From: Tubiluchus corallicola
Taxonomy: Eukaryota; Animalia; Priapulida
Length of the DNA stretch: 64,000 nucleotides
NCBI GenBank assembly: GCA_030141605.1
Contig: JAQGDQ010000149.1
Coordinates: forward strand, 1-64,000
Direction: 5' to 3'
The notes below the pieces were generated by a model that worked only from the letters and a program-made list of their open reading frames with translations, did not search any database and was not told where the DNA came from. Shown piece by piece: positions 12,201 through 24,038 of the stretch (positions are counted from its first letter, which is position 1; each line of letters starts with the position of its first letter). The position numbers were made by a program, and so were the translations under genes.

Positions 12201-15200
12201 GTTTCAAAATGGCAGTGATTATGCAGGGTTTTTTGCTGTGAGATTTGACTCTGAGACTAACAGTTCCAAAAGCCGAGATTCGATAACAATTAGTTGGCTT
12301 ACATGGGTTTCAGCTCACATTTTTATTAACGTTAAAGCGTCTAATTTAGCTTTCACGCGATCTTAAGTGCATTTTAGCCCTAGGTAAGCGTTTAGTATTA
12401 TTCGTACGATAAGTGTTAAAATGCCCGAGGAGTGTCGAGACAGTTTTCAATGTGAAGTATACAAAAGTGGGACATGCTTCTCTGCGGATGAATACTGTAA
12501 AATGTTTGTTATATATAATGCATAGATGCGCGTTGCGATGCGCAATTAATGCTATTTTTGTAAGTTTAATACATCTTATACTAATATTTTTCTATAAATT
12601 ATCTATAGACATAATAGGTATACTAATTAAGATCATCAGTACCCCAACCTGATCACGTATTTATTATACGTTTTTTATACCTACATTATATATATTTAGT
12701 CATTATAACCAGTCATTATAACCAGCGTTGCGCGCTGTCTTCCCAGTTTCTTCACATAGCTTCACATTCGATTTTGTTAAAATAAAGGAGACTGTCAAGA
12801 TTTTTATCAAGGGCTATGCCATTTGCTTTCGTTTACAGCAATAAAAAGATCACGACTTTTGATAATATGGATCGACTTTCAACTTGGCCCTAAACTTAAA
12901 CTGAACATTTTTCCCACAAAAGTATTTTCGGGTTATCGTACGATTTTTTTCAAAACTAGTTACTGAAACCAATATTAACTGATGTTCGCGGATTTGCGAA
13001 AGACTTTCCCAGCCTGCGGTACTTCTGTTATATCTTTGTAATATTTTGCGGCATTTTTCAAAATTGATTACACATGTTGTATTGTGAAAAAAACATAATA
13101 TATACTTGGGCGAGCAATGTACGCAATTCAAGAGGCCTACAATACTATGCATATATTAATATCGCCTATAATGTTTTTAAATTATTATGTTTTTACAGAA
13201 AACAGGAAAACGACACACGCAAAAATAATCCTTCATAATGATGGTTACGATTTCTAGATGAATGCGAACAACACTGATCAAAAAGTTATCTACAGTACGT
13301 TGACATTTTGCTTTTTGGCAACCAAAACAGTGGAAAATTGCTTGTCACTGGGAACAATTTCTCCGATTATTAGACGGAACAGCAAAATTGCCTTTAGGTT
13401 TTTATGTCAGTTTCTGGTAAATTAAACTGACGTTGAACAAGGAATTGCATGATCTAATAGGTAAATGAACCTGCATGTATTCGAAGATTTTGGTTTGTTT
13501 GTTTGTTCGTTTATCCGCGTTTCACGTAAAGTTTTTTTACAATGTGTTTTATAAATTTTCCGTAAAAACTGCAAGCATCACGCTCTAATCCAGTGTTTTG
13601 TGTTTTACAAGCGGGGCAAACAAGACTTTAATTTATGCTTACGCCTGCGGTGAATTAATTAAACGCCCGGTATTAAGTTGACCGGTTTTTATTGTCATTA
13701 GTCTATTGTGCAGTGTAAGAGCGCCCATTAATTACTCTGAGACAGTTGATTCTACGCAATGCAGGGCGTACCCGGAAACGTCAGAAATTGGCCAAATTCA
13801 AAAGCAGAATACAGATATAATCCATTTTCTTATCTTTCAATAGCTTTAAACGGTTAAAAATAAAAATGTGGTAAAAGTTGGAAGAAAACTAATGATTTTG
13901 TAAAAATAGTTTACCTAATTTGTTAGCAATTAGTCATGTTAGTCATGTTTCGCTAAAACACAAGATTGATGTGTGCAGTACTGTACTATCTTCGTACTGT
14001 AAACGAACAGCTACTAAATCATTACTGTTGGATTTTTTCTATCCATTTTGGAGTTTGGAGAACATTTTAAAAATGGCCTAGTTTGCAATATGTTTATATT
14101 TGAGCAATAATGATTGTTGTGCCTCTCTAAAGTGGGTCACTTAGTCTCCATGAGTAAACTTTTCTTACGTGTAAATAAAAAGACTTGAGTAGGTTTGTAT
14201 CCATTCAAAACATATTTTGCTATATAGAGTTAATCACATATTGCTATACTAACGTTTTAACAGCGCACAGCAAATATTATTTTTAGTTTTCATAACCTGT
14301 AAAATGTGAAACGCATATTTTGACTGTTGAATGTTAAGCTTTCACATCTGCCAAAGAGGCTACACCAGAAACACAAGTAGCTCTTTTTCAAACTTATACC
14401 TCAAGAAGAGGTATAGCGAAACTGGTAAATTTCAAATGGTTATTTATGAACCAGTTTCCTTTATTTTCCGTGAAAAGATGCACACCTATGTAGAAAATTT
14501 GGCGTTGAACGCCTCGGTGAATGGGTGCAGTTGAATGGTATTTTACTGTGATAGCGACCTACAACGCGTCACAAAAAATCAGCTCAAATTCAAAAATGTA
14601 TATGAGATGCAAAATACATATGTATCACTGCCATAACTCTTTCCCAGCAAAAACAATTACAGTAATTGATTATAGTAATATTTTTTCTAGAGCTTTACGC
14701 ACTCATACGATTACGCAATGGAAAAGTAACCGCAGCACAAAATTTCAGTGATTGTTAGACAATATTACACAGTTTAGGAAAATTCCATGACGTAGTTATC
14801 AAACGTATGCCTGCGGCTAGTTCATTGCAGTTTTGTGAAGCGTTTGGTACATATAGAATCAAAGAGTAGATACCTGTAATGATACCTGCATCTCGACTGT
14901 AATAATGCCGCGACGGAAAAACGAAGGTATACATCTTGGCACAATAACATCAAAGGTACAGAGTTGACTTTTCGAAATCAAATTGTTACAAAGCGATAAA
15001 GTGGCTTGGGGCCTCATAACTCATTGACCGTGTCTTAGAGTTTGACACACATTAATGTAATGTGACTACAATGTAGAATGCAATGTATATGTAGTGTGAC
15101 ATATATTAAAATGTTACGCGATCAACCTAAACAGAACAACGTTTAGTTCAAATTATTTTTACAATGTACTAATTAATAATTATTTCACTGACCTCCAACG

Positions 15201-15873
15201 TAACGCTGATTTATTATTTCGGCATCCTTAATTAGGCCTAAATGGAGATTTCAGAGTTCAAGAACATCTTAAGCACTACATGTACGTATAGGGCCTACGT
15301 ATGCAGGACGACAGTTGTGTAGATAGAGTAGGATCTTTTGATCCATGTGAGAACTGTACCGAAAGCAAATTTAGGAAAATGAAGTATGCAGGCCCAATAA
15401 TTTGCATGTAGAATGTTGTGCGTTTAGTGAAAGATTCTGAGCGCAGCTTTTGCCAGAGTGTCTGTTTTTTAGTATCTTCAATATCGTTATGTTGATTCCC
15501 TTATTCTGTATCACTGTTTCAAAAAAAAAACTATAACGGCACACGTCTTTTATCCAATCCCCCAGGCAGAAAACACAAATCGGAAATGAAAGTGAAACAG
15601 CAAAAGTTTACGAGATGTTTGTTGACTGTCTTTAAAAATATCAGTAATTCTTATGCAAATACAACTAAAAATTACTTGTGCTGTTTTCTGTTTGGAGGCT
15701 AAATGAAAAACTAATAAAACACAGGAAAAAGGCCTAGTAACATAACGTTAACGACCGTTTGTTCTACGTCCACATTAGGCAACATCGCAAAATGATTTCA
15801 AACAAATGTCTTTTCTATTAAATTACTTAAAAATTTGATAACGTTGACATTAAGTTAATTTAGTAAGTCTTAC

Positions 15874-15935
15874 CTGTCAATTTTGTGTAAACAGCGCTTC
15901 AGTGTTCGGTTATTTTGGCAGTTGTTTGTCGAATT
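15874..15935 (-). other. Candidate 62-nt non-coding 5' exon of the uncharacterised gene
   Basis: Acceptor tttttatAG and consensus donor CAG|GTAAG. There is a stop in the frame that would join 9280, so it would be UTR if real. Confidence 0.3.
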
Positions 15936-18086
15936 CTATAAAAATATAGTATTATGACCACTCGACAGCTGCACTAAAGGGGAAAAATCTTTTCCGGCAG
16001 TAAGCAATTATCAATAGTATCGATCGTAAAACAAAACAAAATTCGCTTCGAAGTTTATTTCATTATAGCAAGGAAAAGAACGAATGGTCATGAAACCCTG
16101 GCAGCTTGTAATTGAATGATGTTTCGCAGGTGTAATAATGACTCATGTTCTACCTGTGTGCACTAGCAAACCCGTCCCGGCTGACGAGCGGTCCACCCAT
16201 GCTAAAATCTATGCCCACGGGCTTTGAACATTAAATTTTCACTCTGTGCCTAGCGTTCGCTGTTAACCAGTAGCATACACTAAGAGTTTTGCAAGATGCA
16301 ATAATAAAGCCTCACTTACTGAGGACACAGCAAGATAATTTACTTGCCCGTAGGTGTACAAGGGTCCACCTTGACTTTGAATCCACGCATTAGGAACTAG
16401 TGAGTTCTGTACAACTCACTTCATTAGAAGAATAGCATTGACATAGCTGTACAGATTGCAGAAGAAAAATGCGTTTAAACCCAGTAAACTAAATCACAAG
16501 TTAACTCTTTCAGATGAGTCTCTTAACTGACGACGAACGTCACTAATTCCAATTTCTCCTTTGTGAAAATGTTTTCCAAGCGCTATGTTCCACTTATCTA
16601 CTCAGCGAAACTAAACGCTTCTTGGACTTCGGCATTATAACTTGTCACTTTTGATTCGCCGAAACCGGTTACAGCATCCCCGCGAATGTTGACAAAAATG
16701 CTGAGTTTTCCCGAAAAATGGAAGTTAGAACTAATGCTTTGTTACACGAAGAAAAATCCCTGAAGGGCCTAATTAAAAGAACCAGTAATTTCGTCAACGT
16801 ATTTCTACGCAGCAGGAAAGCGAGCCGGAATTAGCTGTTACTTGGGTGCATTAAAAAATTATTAGCCCGGTGAAATATTTAGTTGTGTCACAACCCTGGT
16901 TATGATGTTTTGAGTTCTGTTCCAATTTCGTAAAAGCTCAATAAGGGGTTTGGGCAGTTAAAATTAGACAGCTATTGACGTGGAATTAGCGATTTACTTT
17001 TAAAAAGCTTCATTTAAAGTCGCTTTTGTAAAAAGAAACAAACGGTTATCTGTTAGTTTATATTTTCAAATTAGGTGAACATTATATCGTGGTATTTATC
17101 TCGCCGTACGTATAATCATATCTCAATAATTATGATTTATTTCACGCAAAAAGTCTCAGAAAGGGCCTAGAAAACGGTCTAGGAGCCTGGTTTATCAAGG
17201 ATATCCTAATAAGACGAGCCATTGAACGATTATTTACAATTTTTTTGTCCAGATTATCATTAATAATGGTACAAACCCACATTTATCACGGTGCTTGTAC
17301 CACCATGAGCCATTGAAGGTTTATTGTAAAGAATACAAACAAGGAAAACGTGTTTTCCGGGCGTTGGGCGCGGGCCTATACTTTCTTGCCAGCTTTTTTT
17401 GTCAATCTCATCCAAAACGAGTTGTCATATTGAAATGAAGAAACTGTAGCAGCAAAACAGCGGTGGTAAATGCGACGGGGGTGTTTACAATAATAGCGCT
17501 TTCAGCACACAAAATGCTAGCACGCAAACATTGTATCGCTTGCCTTGCTTTTCGTTTGCTGTTTCTTGCAGTCCTGGGTCTCTGTTCTAACTGACAGTTC
17601 CTTTTCACTCTCATTCTTTAAAGTAGCTAACAAAAGTATTTATTATGTAGAGAGAGCGCTGGGTAAGGCCACAAAGTGACTTTTGTTAAGGTCGCCCAGT
17701 ATCTCGGTAAAATCTGTTTTGCCGCGGGTCATTAATGCTTTCTTCTGTTTCATAACTTGAAATATTTCTTTCTCTGTCCGGTTTTTGGATTATAAATAAC
17801 GCGTCTGATGCAAAGAATATGCTGCCAATAATAATAATTTTCTATCTGCATAGACATTCTAAACCGAGCCAACGTTCTGTACCCCTGAATCCAGAATTCC
17901 CGATGACGATAGAACGTAATCATTCTCACTGTAGTGATCTTCACTTAACAAAGAGCTGGCACAAATTTCGCTTCTTTCCGGGAATACGCGAAATTTGTAC
18001 CAGCTCATTCGTGCGCTGGTACATAAAATGCACATTCTCCAACTACTATCGCTAGACTACCGCACCTAATAGATCGCCCACATGAC

Positions 18087-19576
18087 CGGTGCTTAAAGTG
18101 CGCCGGGTCTTGTCCGGGTCGCAGACCCAGAACCTAAAATTATAGACCCTGGACCTAAAGAAAAAATGTAATTTCTCGCTGAGTCGCGCGTTTAGATTTC
18201 TAAACCATTTAATAAGCTATAAGCCTATCCATAGCATAAAAACTTGTGAGGCGTAAAACCTTCTTCTGGCAGTATTACTAAAAACTTTGTCTGTTATTGA
18301 ACTGCACACTGTAAAGTCGAAAAACGAAATAAAGAGTTACTTAAAAACGCACCCCAACAGTTATGGCACTACGCATTATTTTCGTCTCTGTGCTGTCACA
18401 TCACAACAGTTCGAAGATAGGTGAGTGTTTTTTGCACGAAAAGGACGCAGGCACAACTCATCACTGGATTTTTCCGTTACTGACAGAATACATAATTATA
18501 CAAATTATCATAATGTAATTATGACTGAAAGTACTGTCAACTTACCATATTTACTCAAAACGGTTTCTTAATTACAAGTGTGTAAGCAATGAGTGAACTT
18601 GTGGTGAAAATGATTAGGGCGTATTTACCAATGACTAACCAGGTAGACTAGGGTGCCAAATAATGGCTTAATGTTAAAAAATTCTATTCTCCTCTATACT
18701 CAGAAAATGGGTATCCTTTCATATTCATATAAAGCGTGTATTTTATAACACATCACAGGCAGTTGCTGTCTGCAAGTTCTTATAAACGCCATTATAACGT
18801 TTATAACAAACAAATATGATTATTCTTATATAAAAGGTCCTGCACCACAAACAGTTATGTAGCTTCCTTAGATATAAACCCGTACAAATATATGTAATTA
18901 ACAAGAACAACAAGAGTATTTAAGTAGTAGTACTACTAATATACCACAATAATTGTTTATTTGCCTTCATATTTATATAAACAATCTCAAATTCACAATA
19001 CAAGTGTGCAGGATTGAACTGTCAGGTGAGAGCGTTATAATTTTTTGATACATTTTTCTGAAAATGATGAGAAAAGCAGATAGATTGTGAATTAAAAGAA
19101 GGAAATGTATGAGTTTTTAAACGAAAATGATTTTGTATTTGTGAATATGATGAAATATGTGATGTACTTGACAGCTAGTGATATTGTTGTATGACTCACA
19201 AGAAAGGGATTGGTCACAAAAGGGAATGATATTAATTATGTCATTGATTTAATGATTCAAAGGACCTAAATTCAAAGGACTAGTTCGACAGTGGTTAAAT
19301 CAACAGAGAAAGTATTGTTTTTGAATAAAGATCTAAGTTTTCTATCCTTAAAGTGAAAAATAATTGAAATACTGCTTACTGAAGTGCTCTATTTTCATTA
19401 ACTTTCCGAAATTTGATTGTCTTAAAATGACTAAAAACCAGGAAAATTAATTGGTTTCCAGGGCTCGGCCCCAGATCGCGCTGGAGGAGCTTACTGTACT
19501 CCACCAGACCCAATACCTGTTTTTATTGTGTTCGCTATGAGACCCATTACCTAAAACACATGCACTTTGAGCACTG
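18087..19576. mobile_element. Non-autonomous TIR element (hAT-like MITE), ~1.5 kb
   Basis: Imperfect 14-bp TIRs CGGTGCTTAAAGTG / CACTTTGAGCACTG, subterminal GACCC..ACCTAA motifs at both ends, and a GC-rich GGCTCGGCCCCAGATCGCGCTGGAGGAGCTTAC block near 19460. No clean TSD. Confidence 0.55.
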
Positions 19577-22396
19577 CTGACTTAACATGCATTTTCTGCA
19601 TACACGTGAAAATGCACCATTATATCAAATCCTGTGTCAACACAGTTGCGTCGCATTTCGTGATACATTGTACAAAATAATTGATCCATAGAATAAGATG
19701 TTTATGGTTTTGACAACATTTTTAATAAGACTATGGAAGTTTTGCGCCTTTATAGACGCCAGGTAGTAATTTATCCAAAAAGGGGAATGTTAGGAATGAG
19801 TAAATTATGAATTGCTAACGTAAAGGAATGCCGGATCAATTTATTTTCGCAGTTTCTAGGTCTTCTGTGTTTGCTTTTCTACTTTTGTTTACCAAAAACG
19901 ACTTCTAGGAAAATAGCCAAAAAGCTGCTAACTACAAGAACTATAAGCTTGTATGCACTTTTTTCGCAATTCACGCATCTACATAGACATTTTCAGATAA
20001 AAATGCTATAATATACTTTTGAGTTATACTAACTAATTTGAGTAAATGCGACCAATTACCAACCTCCGTAAGTCATCGTGATAAAATAACGCTTTGTAGG
20101 TGTGAACAAGCGATCCATTGCTAATTTATAATGGAAGTAAATATTGACCATGCGAGGATCTGTTCATCCTGAGGAGAGAGGTCAAGGGAGGACACATATC
20201 AAACAAACATTAGTTTTTTACGGGCGGGTTCTATAATGTTTGCCTGTCTGTGAAATGTTTGAATTCTGCTGGCAGCTGTCTTGTACAAAGCTCATGGAAC
20301 GCTTTAGTTACCATTTCTAATAGGTGCGCCCTTCATTGACTGATAAACTTAAGATCCTGCTGTGTATTAAAAATTTATTAGTTTTTTTACTTGTTGTTAA
20401 GACTAAACATCGATGACCTAGCTACAAATTAGAAAATGTTACGCTTTTTAGATCTTTTGTTGACCAGAATGTACATACAAAGCATCTTTTCTTGTGGCCA
20501 ATGTAATATAACCTTTTTTTCATAACAGGAAACCAATTAACTGTACAAATATATCAGTAACATACAATTACTGAACAGTATTTATGCATATAGGTTAAAA
20601 TTTACGTTAAAGAAAACATAATGGAGAAAATGCATCGCACACATTGTCATTTCACATGAACTGGTTCATCATTTATGATTAAATTCTTTTCAACGATGCC
20701 TATAAGTTGCTTGTACTAACATGATAATGCATTATCAAATTCAGAAATACATTTTGTAAGACAATACAAGTCATTGAGTTACCTTTACAGTGCCAGAATA
20801 CATTCTTGGAATTATGTATGTCAAATTATTAATATCAATAAAATGACATAAAAGATCATCGTCTAGCTGCAAATTTATAACTTTACTTACATTTGTACTT
20901 TTTTTATTTTTGTTGTTCTTATTTGCTTTACATTTATATCCGATTGCTTGAGTGTGGCTATAAGTACATGTTAGCGCACAACGCAGAGCATGATATGAGT
21001 ATTGCAATTAATTTATAGTGAAATATAGAACCTATCTAACAGTCAATATTTATGATCCAGTCAATTTTGAAGATTACTGGTTAATGAAGGTATACCTACA
21101 TGTACTGAATAGTTAAAATTAATTTTAGTTAAAAGAAAGCAAATATGAAAATATCTGGGGCTGAGCTATATTTGAACCAGAAATTTTTAGATTACGTGCA
21201 ATGATGTATAGCCAGTATACCACAAAGCCTCTTCAGTTATTTGTAGGGTCTTAATTCAATTTTAACAGCTCACCAACCATTCTAACACTTGTATAAGTAA
21301 TTAAATAAAAGTTAAGTAACAGTTTAGTAAACATAAAAATTCATAAAATTAAATGAATAGCACACGTGAGTTTCTATTATATCTCAAAATAGGACAATGC
21401 ATTGCACATTTGTAACATCAGATCTCAAAAAAATATTTTTTCTTTTTTAATATATGATTCAAATTATAACTCCTAAACAGCATATGTATTCAAGTACACA
21501 ATACACAAATTGTCCTTGGTCAGTGAAAATTTTTAGAATCTAGCAAATTACAGTACCAAATTAGCTTTTTTATTAAAAGGAAAAGATGTAGCTATAATTA
21601 AAAAGGTAAGTGTGTTTTTTCAGCATTTTGAAAGTCAACAATAATGCTATATTGTGCTGGTAAATAAATTTGAATATTATAGTAAACGTAAATGGGCAGT
21701 TATAAACAAACAAAATACTCTAAGTAATCAAATAACAAACTTAACTAATCAAGCTAGCCATGTACATTAAAACCATTTAAAGTAACAAAAACAATTATTT
21801 ATTAGAAGTGGCAAAATACTAATCTAAAGATACCAGTTTAAAACAAGAAAAAATGTCACGATGATGTCATAAACATATTGGATTGTAGCTTAGCAGAGTG
21901 TTGTCTTTCACAATCAACCAGCAACAAAAAATTTAGTACTGATATTATCTTGAAATATTTTACATGGGTGATAAAACAAGTTTTAAGAAAATGTACAATT
22001 TAATCAACATAATATTTACTGTAGAAAGCCGTGAAAACACAAACCTTAGAAGCACTTTTAAAACAGCAATGCTAATTTTATAATATTCTTGATTTTTACA
22101 GCTTTATTACACAACAGTGCACAGGGTTTACAACAGCATTAGTTTTTAAAAGAAAACGAAAACTGTATTTTTATAAGTTAAAAGGCTAAAAGTTTTCTCA
22201 AGATAAAATATCACAGGTAATACAATCACACAAATCAAAAGAGATTATAGCGACACCTGTTGAAAGAAATTCAAATTTCCGTTTTAACTTGCATATAATT
22301 GGGGTTGATGAGGGGTGCACTGTGGCTAAAGCTGAGGTACTACTGTAAAAAAAGCCAAAATAAGCAAGCAGAAATTCGGGTGATATATATATATAT

Positions 22397-22570
22397 ATAA
22401 GAAAATGGTTTCGTTGCATAATAATGTTATCTTTAACACAGAATTACATTTGTCATATAGACAAAACATAAGAAACAGCGTGGCATTTTCTGGAATCCCA
22501 AAAATTATCACTGCATTCTGTGTTAAAGATAATATTATTATGTATTAAAACAATGAAACCATTTTCTTAT
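22397..22570. repeat. Imperfect inverted repeat in the probable ABCA 3' UTR
   Basis: 22397-22444 pairs with 22515-22570, with a ~7-nt bulge and few mismatches. Confidence 0.8.
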
Positions 22571-23273
22571 TACAAAATAAGCATTATCATGCAGTTTGTG
22601 AAATATAGTTTAATTGATGTTATGTTGTGCAAATACAATCTAAAAGTTTTAGTAAACTAGCAATAATGTTAAAGGTAACATTTTACAGACTTTTTTGCCC
22701 TTTTTGACCATTTTTCCCAAAAGACAAATAATGGAAAGAACATGAAAAACAAAATCATTTAGGCAGTTAGCTTACTATGTACAACATTTAAAATCCAAGT
22801 AAAATATAACTATATAATAAACATGTGATTATATGTATGATTTGTTCCAAAATATAATTTTACACAATACAACAATAATGCAGCAAGCTAACTTGCTAGG
22901 CTTATATATGTGCAAATGAACATTATGAGGTAATCACATTGAAACTAAGAATTTAAAAAATAAAAATATTTGCCAGTGCACATATCATTAGAAAACTTGC
23001 TGCCCACTGAATTTGCATAGAGTCTAGCCGATAAATAACAATGCACAGTCCTGCTGCACTTAGCACAGACATTAATGTAATGCTTTTTGCAGATTTATTT
23101 TAATCCTGATAGTACACTCTAATGACAATATCTTATTTCAGTCAGCTGTTTTGACACTTTCATCTGTATTTTGTCATATAACCATTTATTCTTGCAAAAA
23201 CACAATATATTAGACAGAACAGAATTTTATCAGACTGTTTTCGCATGTTATGAATTTTTGGTTTTGGTTCTCA

Positions 23274-23520
23274 ATTTCCGAATCACAATTTCAATCACTA
23301 TTTAGCAGCACCTATTCCGAATTTTCAATGTTAAGCAGTTCCTATGCCTCTCAGCAGCTCAAGGGTCCAACTTACCAGCATAATGGTGGAACTGAGTGCA
23401 GCATAATACAATATTTATATGGCTCATTTTAATACCATTTGTTATAACATCTAATAATTTTTTTAACTTTTCAGACATTGATTTCCGATCACAATTTCAA
23501 TCACAGTGTAGCAGCACCTA
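23274..23520. repeat. ~45-bp dispersed direct repeat
   Basis: ATTTCCGA(A)TCACAATTTCAATCAC....TAGCAGCACCTA at ~23274-23324 and ~23481-23520. Confidence 0.7.
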
Positions 23521-23991
23521 ACAGAATTAACTATCTGATTACCACAACTTTCGCAGTGGCCGAGTGTTTAATTTTGGGTTTCTTGGTGCACTAAAGAATT
23601 GTACAGGATAAGTTGAATATACTTCACCAAAGCATAAAGAGAATTTTGGGTTGCACTAGCTATTTTTATGGCGCCATTTCTTCTTACCAGAGTATAAGCT
23701 TTCTTCTTAACTAATTTTGAAGATTTCAGTGGAAAAAAACGTTATTTCCAGTTCCACAGTAACAAGACTGAATAAGAATCATAAAAATAAACAAACTAAT
23801 ATGAAAACACAGTGTATATATATATATATGCATCACAGTAATGCTAAAGAAAAAATTGCCCAACTGCTTCAATAAGCTAATGCCATTAAGCAGTAGATTA
23901 CAATTTACGACATTTATTGCAAGCAAGTTGGGCGTTATCATACACTTTGACATAGGAATCTAGACTAGTCGTTCTGAAGTATTTGGTGGCT

Positions 23992-24038
23992 TCATAAATC
24001 TATGCTTTCAGGTATGCCACTTGTATATCGGTCTACGT
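23992..24038 (-). CDS. ABCA1: ABCA exon 48 ([15 protein letters not shown])
   Basis: tttcAG acceptor, phase 1, stop at 23992-23994. Confidence 0.75.

Noticed and set aside
12700-16200. Scattered Helitron-like end motifs (12721-12740, 13490-13530, 16162-16195)
   Set aside because: Too fragmentary to pair into elements without a repeat library.
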